Positions 25,576-36,425 of a DNA stretch of 64,000 nucleotides are shown here, piece by piece. This DNA comes from the human T2T-CHM13v2.0 reference genome, Homo sapiens. Both the position numbers and the translations under genes were made by a program. The stretch's first letter is position 1, and each line of letters begins with the position of its first letter. The DNA is taken from NCBI RefSeq assembly GCF_009914755.1, contig NC_060940.1; one strand, written 5' to 3'. The notes below the pieces were generated by a model. It did not search any database. It was not told the DNA's origin and worked only from the letters and a program-made list of their open reading frames with translations.

Positions 25576-26589
25576 TTACACAGAGCAGATTTGAGACACT
25601 CTTTGGGTGGAATTTGTAAGTGGAGAATTCAGCCGCTTTGAGGTCAACGGTAGAAAAGGAAATACCTTCGTATAAAAACTAGACAGAATGATTCTCAGAA
25701 ACTGTTTTGTGATGTGTGCGTTCAACTCACAGAGTTTAACCTTTCTTTTCAAAGAGCAGTTAGGAAACACTCTGTAAAGTCTGCAAGTGGATATTCAGAC
25801 CTCTTTGAGGCCTTCGTTGGAAACGGGATTTCTTCATATAATGCTAGAGGGAAGAATTCTTAGTAACTTCTTTGTGTTGTGTGTATTCAACTGACAGAGT
25901 TGAACCTTCCTTTAGACAGAGCAGATTTGAAAGTCTCTTTTTGTGGAATTTGCAAGTGGAGATTTCAAGCGCTTTGAGGCCAAAAGCAGAAAAGGAAATA
26001 TTTTCCTATAAAAACTAGAGAGAATCATTCTCAGAAACTGCTCTGTGATGTGTGTGTTCAACTCACAGAGTTTAACTTTCTTTTCATTCAGCAGTTTGGA
26101 AACACTCTGTTTGGAAAGTCTGCACGTGGATATTTTGACCTCTTTGAGGCCTTCGTTGGAAACGGGTTTTTTTCATGTAAGGCTAGACAGAAGAAATCTC
26201 AGTAACTTCCTTGTGTTGTGTGTATTCAACTGACAGAGTTGAACCTTCCTTTAGACAGAGCAGATTCGAAACGCTCTTTTTCTGCAATTTGCAAGTGGAG
26301 ACTAAAAGCGCTTTGAGGCCAAAGGCAGAAAAGGAAATATCTTCGTATAAAAACCCGACAGAATCATTCTCAGAAACTGCTCTGTGATGTGTGCGTTCAA
26401 CTCACAGATTTTAACTTTTCTTTTCATTCAGCAGTTTGGAAACACTCTGTTTGTAAAGTCTGCAAGTGGATATCTTGGCCTCTTAGAGGCCTTCGTTGGA
26501 AACGGGTTTTTTCATGTAAGGTTAGACAGAGGAATTCCCAGTAACTTCCTTGTGTTGTGTGCATTCAACTCACAGAGTTGAATGATTCT
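25576..26589 (+). repeat. 6-mer HOR structural variant (1014 bp), first of 13 junction-bearing copies
   Basis: Marker spacing drops to 1014 = 1699 - 680 (four monomers) - 4 - 1. Dimer-1 sequence (CAGACCTCTTTGAGGCC) is joined to dimer-3 sequence (CATATAATGCTAGAGGGAAG) at 25810-25839. Confidence 0.93.
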
Positions 26590-29500
26590 TTACACAGAGC
26601 AGATTTGAGACACACTTTTGGTGGAATTTGTAAGTGGAGAATTCAGCCGCTTTGAGGTCAACGGTAGAAAAGGAAATATCTTCGTATAAAAACTAGAAAG
26701 AATGATTCTCAGAAACTGTTTTGTGATGTGTGCGTTCAACTCACAGAGTTTAACCTTTCTTTTCAAAGAGCAGTTAGGAAACACTCTGTTTGTAAAGTCT
26801 GCAAGTGGATATTCAGACCTCTTTGAGGCCTTCGTTGGAAACGGGATTTCATCATATTATGCTAGTCAGATGAATTCTCAGTAACTTCCTTGTGTTGTGT
26901 GTATTCAACTCACAGAGTTGAACGATCCTTTACACAGAGCAGATTTGAAACACTGTTTTTCTGGAATTTGCAAGTGGAGATTTCAGCCGCTTTGAGGTCA
27001 ATGGTAGAAAAGGAAATATCTTCGTATAAAAACTGGACAGAATGATTCTCAGAAACTCCTTTGTGATGTGTGCGTTCAACTCACAGAGTTTAACCTTTCT
27101 TTTCACAGAGCAGTTAGGAAACACTCTGTTTGTGAAGCCTGCCAGTGGATATTCGGACCTCTTTGAGGCCTTCGTTGGAAACGGGATTTCTTCATATTTT
27201 GCAAGACAGAAGATTTCTCAGTAACTTCTTTGTGTTGTGTGTATGCAACTCACAGAGTTCAACCTTCCTTTAGACAGAGCAGATTTGAAACACTCTTTTT
27301 GTGGAATTTGCAAGTGGAAATTTCAAGCGCATCGATGCCAATGGTAGAAAAGGAAATATCTTCGTATAAAAACAAGACAAACTCGTTCCCAGACACTGCG
27401 TAGTGATGTGTGTGTTTAACTCACAGAGTTTAACCTTTCTTTTCATACAGCATTCTGGAAACCCTCTGTTTGTAAAGTCTGCAAGTGGATATTTGGACCT
27501 CTTAGATGCCTTCGTTGGAAACGGGATTTCCTCATATAATGCTAGAGGGAAGAATTCTTAGTAACTTCTTTGTGTTGTGTGTATTCAACTGACAGAGTTG
27601 AACCTTCCTTTAGACAGAGCAGATTTGAAAGTCTCTTTTTGTGGAATTTGCAAGTGGAGATTTCAAGCGCTTTGAGGCCAAAAGCAGAAAAGGAAATATT
27701 TTCCTATAAAAACTCGACACAATCTTTCTCAGAAACTGCTCTGGGATGTGTGCGTTCAACTCACAGAGTTTAACTTTTCTTTTCATTCAGCAGTTTGGAA
27801 ACACTCTGTTTGGAAAGTCTGCACGTGGATATTTTGACCTCTTTGAGGCCTTCGTTGGAAACGGGTTTTTTTCATGTAAGGCTAGACAGAAGAAATCTCA
27901 GTAACTTCCTTGTGTTGTGTGTATTCAACTGACAGAGTTGAACCTTCCTTTAGACAGAGCAGATTCGAAACACTCTTTTTCTGCAATTTGCAAGTGGAGA
28001 CTTCAAGCGCTTTGAGGCCAAAGGCAGAAAAGGATATATCTTCGTATAAAAACCCGACAGAATCATTCTCAGAAACTGCTCTGTGATGTGTGCGTTCAAC
28101 TCACAGAGTTTAACTTTTCTTTTCATTCAGCAGTTTGGAAACACTCTGTTTGTAAAGTCTGCAAGTGGATATCTTGGCCTCTTAGAGGCCTTCGTTGGAA
28201 ACGGGTTTTTTCATGTAAGGTTAGACAGAGGAATTCCCAGTAACTTCCTTGTGTTGTGTGCATTCAACTCACAGAGTTGAATGATTCTTTACACAGAGCA
28301 GATTTGAGACACTCTTTGGGTGGAATTTGTAAGTGGAGAATTCAGCCGCTTTGAGGTCAACGGTAGAAAAGGAAATATCTTCGTATAAAAACTAGACAGA
28401 ATGATTCTCAGAAACTGTTTTGTGATGTGTGCGTTCAACTCACAGAGTTTAACCTTTCTTTTCAAAGAGCAGTTAGGAAACACTCTGTAAAGTCTGCAAG
28501 TGGATATTCAGACCTCTTTGAGGCCTTCGTTGGAAACGGGATTTCTTCATATAATGCTAGAGGGAAGAATTCTTAGTAACTTCTTTGTGTTGTGTGTATT
28601 GAACTGACAGAGTTGAACCTTCCTTTAGACAGAGCAGATTTGAAAGTCTCTTTTTGTGGAATTTGCAAGTGGAGATTTCAAGCACTTTGAGGCCAAAAGC
28701 AGAAAAGGAAATATTTTCCTATAAAAACTAGAGAGAATCATTCTCAGAAACTGCTCTGTGATGTGTGTGTTCAACTCACAGAGTTTAACTTTCTTTTCAT
28801 TCAGCAGTTTGGAAACACTCTGTTTGGAAAGTCTGCACGTGGATATTTTGACCTCTTTGAGGCCTTCGTTGGAAACGGGTTTTTTTCATGTAAGGCTAGA
28901 CAGAAGAAATCTCAGTAACTTCCTTGTGTTGTGTGTATTCAACTGACAGAGTTGAACCTTCCTTTAGACAGAGCAGATTCGAAACGCTCTTTTTCTGCAA
29001 TTTGCAAGTGGAGACTTCAAGCGCTTTGAGGCCAAAGGCAGAAAAGGAAATATCTTCGTATAAAAACCCGACAGAATCATTCTCAGAAACTGCTCTGTGA
29101 TGTGTGCGTTCAACTCACAGATTTTAACTTTTCTTTTCATTCAGCAGTTTGGAAACACTCTGTTTGTAAAGTCTGCATGTGGATATCTTGGCCTCTTCGA
29201 GGCCTTCGTTGGAAACGCGTTTTTTCATGTAAGGTTAGACAGAGGAATTCCCAGTAACTTCCTTGTGTTGTGTGCATTCAACTCACAGAGTTGAATGATT
29301 CTTTACACAGAGCAGATTTGAGACACACTTTTGGTGGAATTTGTAAGTGGAGAATTCAGCCGCTTTGAGGTCAACGGTAGAAAAGGAAATATCTTCGTAT
29401 AAAAACTAGAAAGAATGATTCTCAGAAACTGTTTTGTGATGTGTGCGTTCAACTCACAGAGTTTAACCTTTCTTTTCAAAGAGCAGTTAGGAAACACTCT

Positions 29501-32500
29501 GTTTGTAAAGTCTGCAAGTGGATATTCAGACCTCTTTGAGGCCTTCGTTGGAAACGGGATTTCATCATATTATGCTAGACAGATGAATTCTCAGTAACTT
29601 CCTTGTGTTGTGTGTATTCAACTCACAGAGTTGAACGATCCTTTACACAGAGCAGATTTGAAACACTGTTTTTCTGGAATTTGCAAGTGGAGATTTCAGC
29701 CGCTTTGAGGTCAATGGTAGAAAAGGAAATATCTTCGTATAAAAACTGGACAGAATGATTCTCAGAAACTCCTTTGTGATGTGTGCGTTCAACTCACAGA
29801 GTTTAACCTTTCTTTTCACAGAGCAGTTAGGAAACACTCTGTTTGTGAAGCCTGCCAGTGGATATTCGGACCTCTTTGAGGCCTTCGTTGGAAACGGGAT
29901 TTCTTCATATTTTGCAAGACAGAAGATTTCTCAGTAACTTCTTTGTGTTGTGTGTATGCAACTCACAGAGTTCAACCTTCCTTTAGACAGAGCAGATTTG
30001 AAACACTCTTTTTGTGGAATTTGCAAGTGGAAATTTCAAGCGCATCGATGCCAATGGTAGAAAAGGAAATATCTTCGTATAAAAACAAGACAAACTCGTT
30101 CCCAGACACTGCGTAGTGATGTGTGTGTTTAACTCACAGAGTTTAACCTTTCTTTTCATACAGCATTCTGGAAACCCTCTGTTTGTAAAGTCTGCAAGTG
30201 GATATTTGGACCTCTTAGATGCCTTCGTTGGAAACGGGATTTCCTCATATAATGCTAGAGGGAAGAATTCTTAGTAACTTCTTTGTGTTGTGTGTATTCA
30301 ACTGACAGAGTTGAACCTTCCTTTAGACAGAGCAGATTTGAAAGTCTCTTTTTGTGGAATTTGCAAGTGGAGATTTCAAGCGCTTTGAGGCCAAAAGCAG
30401 AAAAGGAAATATTTTCCTATAAAAACTCGACAGAATCTTTCTCAGAAACTGCTCTGGGATGTGTGCGTTCAACTCACAGAGTTTAACTTTTCTTTTCATT
30501 CAGCAGTTTGGAAACACTCTGTTTGGAAAGTCTGCACGTGGATATTTTGACCTCTTTGAGGCCTTCGTTGGAAACGGGTTTTTTTCATGTAAGGCTAGAC
30601 AGAAGAAATCTCAGTAACTTCCTTGTGTTGTGTGTATTCAACTGACAGAGTTGAACCTTCCTTTAGACAGAGCAGATTCGAAACACTCTTTTTCTGCAAT
30701 TTGCAAGTGGAGACTTCAAGCGCTTTGAGGCCAAAGGCAGAAAAGGATATATCTTCGTATAAAAACCCGACAGAATCATTCTCAGAAACTGCTCTGTGAT
30801 GTGTGCGTTCAACTCACAGAGTTTAACTTTTCTTTTCATTCAGCAGTTTGGAAACACTCTGTTTGTAAAGTCTGCAAGTGGATATCTTGGCCTCTTAGAG
30901 GCCTTCGTTGGAAACGGGTTTTTTCATGTAAGGTTAGACAGAGGAATTCCCAGTAACTTCCTTGTGTTGTGTGCATTCAACTCACAGAGTTGAATGATTC
31001 TTTACACAGAGCAGATTTGAGACACTCTTTGGGTGGAATTTGTAAGTGGAGAATTCAGCCGCTTTGAGGTCAACGGTAGAAAAGGAAATATCTTCGTATA
31101 AAAACTAGACAGAATGATTCTCAGAAACTGTTTTGTGATGTGTGCGTTCAACTCACAGAGTTTAACCTTTCTTTTCAAAGAGCAGTTAGGAAACACTCTG
31201 TAAAGTCTGCAAGTGGATATTCAGACCTCTTTGAGGCCTTCGTTGGAAACGGGATTTCTTCATATAATGCTAGAGGGAAGAATTCTGAGTAACTTCTTTG
31301 TGTTGTGTGTATTGAACTGACAGAGTTGAACCTTCCTTTAGACAGAGCAGATTTGAAAGTCTCTTTTTGTGGAATTTGCAAGTGGAGATTTCAAGCGCTT
31401 TGAGGCCAAAAGCAGAAAAGGAAATATTTTCCTATAAAAACTAGAGAGAATCATTCTCAGAAACTGCTCTGTGATGTGTGTGTTCAACTCACAGAGTTTA
31501 ACTTTCTTTTCATTCAGCAGTTTGGAAACACTCTGTTTGGAAAGTCTGCACGTGGATATTTTGACCTCTTTGAGGCCTTCGTTGGAAACGGGTTTTTTTC
31601 ATGTAAGGCTAGACAGAAGAAATCTCAGTAACTTCCTTGTGTTGTGTGTATTCAACTGACAGAGTTGAACCTTCCTTTAGACAGAGCAGATTCGAAACGC
31701 TCTTTTTCTGCAATTTGCAAGTGGAGACTTCAAGCGCTTTGAGGCCAAAGGCAGAAAAGGAAATATCTTCGTATAAAAACCCGACAGAATCATTCTCAGA
31801 AACTGCTCTGTGATGTGTGCGTTCAACTCACAGATTTTAACTTTTCTTTTCATTCAGCAGTTTGGAAACACTCTGTTTGTAAAGTCTGCAAGTGGATATC
31901 TTGGCCTCTTAGAGGCCTTCGTTGGAAACGCGTTTTTTCATGTAAGGTTAGACAGAGGAATTCCCAGTAACTTCCTTGTGTTGTGTGCATTCAACTCACA
32001 GAGTTGAATGATTCTTTACACAGAGCAGATTTGAGACACACTTTTGGTGGAATTTGTAAGTGGAGAATTCAGCCGCTTTGAGGTCAACGGTAGAAAAGGA
32101 AATATCTTCGTATAAAAACTAGAAAGAATGATTCTCAGAAACTGTTTTGTGATGTGTGCGTTCAACTCACAGAGTTTAACCTTTCTTTTCAAAGAGCAGT
32201 TAGGAAACACTCTGTTTGTAAAGTCTGCAAGTGGATATTCAGACCTCTTTGAAGCCTTCGTTGGAAACGGGATTTCATCATATTATGCTAGACAGATGAA
32301 TTCTCAGTAACTTCCTTGTGTTGTGTGTATTCAACTCACAGAGTTGAACGATCCTTTACACAGAGCAGATTTGAAACACTGTTTTTCTGGAATTTGCAAG
32401 TGGAGATTTCACCCGCTTTGAGGTCAATGGTAGAAAAGGAAATATCTTCGTATAAAAACTGGACAGAATGATTCTCAGAAACTCCTTTGTGATGTGTGCG

Positions 32501-35500
32501 TTCAACTCACAGAGTTTAACCTTTCTTTTCACAGAGCAGTTAGGAAACACTCTGTTTGTGAAGCCTGCCAGTGGATATTCGGACCTCTTTGAGGCCTTCG
32601 TTGGAAACGGGATTTCTTCATATTTTGCTAGACAGAAGATTTCTCAGTAACTTCTTTGTGTTGTGTGTATGCAACTCACAGAGTTCAACCTTCCTTTAGA
32701 CAGAGCAGATTTGAAACACTCTTTTTGTGGAATTTGCAAGTGGAGATTTCAAGCGCTTCGATGCCAATGGTAGAAAAGGAAATATCTTCGTATAAAAACA
32801 AGACAAACTCGTTCCCAGACACTGCGTAGTGATGTGTGTGTTTAACTCACAGAGTTTAACCTTTGTTTTCATACAGCATTCTGGAAACCCTCTGTTTGTA
32901 AAGTCTGCAAGTGGATATTTGGACCTCTTAGATGCCTTCGTTGGAAACGGGATTTCCTCATATAATGCTAGAGGGAAGAATTCTTAGTAACTTCTTTGTG
33001 TTGTGTGTATTCAACTGACAGAGTTGAACCTTCCTTTAGACAGAGCAGATTTGAAAGTCTCTTTTTGTGGAATTTGCAAGTGGAGATTTCAAGCGCTTTG
33101 AGGCCAAAAGCAGAAAAGGAAATATTTTCCTATAAAAACTCGACACAATCTTTCTCAGAAACTGCTCTGGGATGTGTGCGTTCAACTCACAGAGTTTAAC
33201 TTTTCTTTTCATTCAGCAGTTTGGAAACACTCTGTTTGGAAAGTCTGCACGTGGATATTTTGACCTCTTTGAGGCCTTCGTTGGAAACGGGTTTTTTTCA
33301 TGTAAGGCTAGACAGAAGAAATCTCAGTAACTTCCTTGTGTTGTGTGTATTCAACTGACAGAGTTGAACCTTCCTTTAGACAGAGCAGATTCGAAACACT
33401 CTTTTTCTGCAATTTGCAAGTGGAGACTTCAAGCGCTTTGAGGCCAAAGGCAGAAAAGGATATATCTTCGTATAAAAACCCGACAGAATCATTCTCAGAA
33501 ACTGCTCTGTGATGTGTGCGTTCAACTCACAGAGTTTAACTTTTCTTTTCATTCAGCAGTTTGGAAACACTCTGTTTGTAAAGTCTGCAAGTGGATATCT
33601 TGGCCTCTTAGAGGCCTTCGTTGGAAACGGGTTTTTTCATGTAAGGTTAGACAGAGGAATTCCCAGTAACTTCCTTGTGTTGTGTGCATTCAACTCACAG
33701 AGTTGAATGATTCTTTACACAGAGCAGATTTGAGACACTCTTTGGGTGGAATTTGAAAGTGGAGAATTCAGCCGCTTTGAGGTCAACGGTAGAAAAGGAA
33801 ATATCTTCGTATAAAAACTAGACAGAATGATTCTCAGAAACTGTTTTGTGATGTGTGCGTTCAACTCACAGAGTTTAACCTTTCTTTTCAAAGAGCAGTT
33901 AGGAAACACTCTGTAAAGTCTGCAAGTGGATATTCAGACCTCTTTGAGGCCTTCGTTGGAAACGGGATTTCTTCATATAATGCTAGAGGGAAGAATTCTT
34001 AGTAACTTCTTTGTGTTGTGTGTATTGAACTGACAGAGTTGAACCTTCCTTTAGACAGAGCAGATTTGAAAGTCTCTTTTTGTGGAATTTGCAAGTGGAG
34101 ATTTCAAGCACTTTGAGGCCAAAAGCAGAAAAGGAAATATTTTCCTATAAAAACTAGAGAGAATCATTCTCAGAAACTGCTCTGTGATGTGTGTGTTCAA
34201 CTCACAGAGTTTAACTTTCTTTTCATTCAGCAGTTTGGAAACACTCTGTTTGGAAAGTCTGCACGTGGATATTTTGACCTCTTTGAGGCCTTCGTTGGAA
34301 ACGGGTTTTTTTCATGTAAGGCTAGACAGAAGAAATCTCAGTAACTTCCTTGTGTTGTGTGTATTCAACTGACAGAGTTGAACCTTCCTTTAGACAGAGC
34401 AGATTCGAAACGCTCTTTTTCTGCAATTTGCAAGTGGAGACTTCAAGCGCTTTGAGGCCAAAGGCAGAAAAGGAAATATCTTCGTATAAAAACCCGACAG
34501 AATCATTCTCAGAAACTGCTCTGTGATGTGTGCGTTCAACTCACAGATTTTAACTTTTCTTTTCATTCAGCAGTTTGGAAACACTCTGTTTGTAAAGTCT
34601 GCAAGTGGATATCTTGGCCTCTTAGAGGCCTTCGTTGGAAATGCGTTTTTTCATGTAAGGTTAGACAGAGGAATTCCCAGTAACTTCCTTGTGTTGTGTG
34701 CATTCAACTCACAGAGTTGAATGATTCTTTACACAGAGCAGATTTGAGACACACTTTTGGTGGAATTTGTAAGTGGAGAATTCAGCCGCTTTGAGGTCAA
34801 CGGTAGAAAAGGAAATATCTTCGTATAAAAACTAGAAAGAATGATTCTCAGAAACTGTTTTGTGATGTGTGCGTTCAACTCACAGAGTTTAACCTTTCTT
34901 TTCAAAGAGCAGTTAGGAAACACTCTGTTTGTAAAGTCTGCAAGTGGATATTCAGACCTCTTTGAAGCCTTCGTTGGAAACGGGATTTCATCATATTATG
35001 CTAGACAGATGAATTCTCAGTAACTTCCTTGTGTTGTGTGTATTCAACTCACAGAGTTGAACGATCCTTTACACAGAGCAGATTTGAAACACTGTTTTTC
35101 TGGAATTTGCAAGTGGAGATTTCAGCCGCTTTGAGGTCAATGGTAGAAAAGGAAATATCTTCGTATAAAAACTGGACAGAATGATTCTCAGAAACTCCTT
35201 TGTGATGTGTGCGTTCAACTCACAGAGTTTAACCTTTCTTTTCACAGAGCAGTTAGGAAACACTCTGTTTGTGAAGCCTGCCAGTGGATATTCGGACCTC
35301 TTTGAGGCCTTCGTTGGAAACGGGATTTCTTCATATTTTGCAAGACAGAAGATTTCTCAGTAACTTCTTTGTGTTGTGTGTATGCAACTCACAGAGTTCA
35401 ACCTTCCTTTAGACAGAGCAGATTTGAAACACTCTTTTTGTGGAATTTGCAAGTGGAAATTTCAAGCGCATCGATGCCAATGGTAGAAAAGGAAATATCT

Positions 35501-36425
35501 TCGTATAAAAACAAGACAAACTCGTTCCCAGACACTGCGTAGTGATGTGTGTGTTTAACTCACAGAGTTTAACCTTTCTTTTCATACAGCATTCTGGAAA
35601 CCCTGTGTTTGTAAAGTCTGCAAGTGGATATTTGGACCTCTTAGATGCCTTCGTTGGAAACGGGATTTCTTCATATAATGCTAGAGGGAAGAATTCTTAG
35701 TAACTTCTTTGTGTTGTGTGTATTCAACTGACAGAGTTGAACCTTCCTTTAGACAGAGCAGATTTGAAAGTCTCTTTTTGTGGAATTTGCAAGTGGAGAT
35801 TTCAAGCGCTTTGAGGCCAAAAGCAGAAAAGGAAATATTTTCCTATAAAAACTCGACAGAATCATTCTCAGAAACTGCTCTGTGATGTGTGCGTTCAACT
35901 CACAGAGTTTAACTTTTCTTTTCATTCAGCAGTTTGGAAACACTGTTTGGAAAGTCTGCACGTGGATATTTTGACCTCTTTGAGGCCTTCGTTGGAAACG
36001 GGTTTTTTTCATGTAAGGCTAGACAGAAGAAATCTCAGTAACTTCCTTGTGTTGTGTGTATTCAACTGACAGAGTTGAACCTTCCTTTAGACAGAGCAGA
36101 TTCGAAACACTCTTTTTCTGCAATTTGCAAGTGGAGACTTCAAGCGCTTTGAGGCCAAAGGCAGAAAAGGAAATATCTTCGTATAAAAACCCGACAGAAT
36201 CATTCTCAGAAACTGCTCTGTGATGTGTGCGTTCAACTCACAGAGTTTAACTTTTCTTTTCATTCAGCAGTTTGGAAACACTCTGTTTGTAAAGTCTGCA
36301 AGTGGATATCTTGGCCTCTTAGAGGCCTTCGTTGGAAACGGGTTTTTTCATGTAAGGATAGACAGAGGAATTCCCAGTAACTTCCTTGTGTTGTGTGCAT
36401 TCAACTCACAGAGTTGAATGATTCT
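25576..36425 (+). repeat. 16-mer super-HOR array A (6-mer + 10-mer, 2713-bp period, 4 units)
   Basis: Marker positions 25576, 28289, 31002 and 33715, with alternating 1014/1699 sub-spacing. The last unit is 2 bp shorter owing to the deletion near 35943. Confidence 0.92.
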
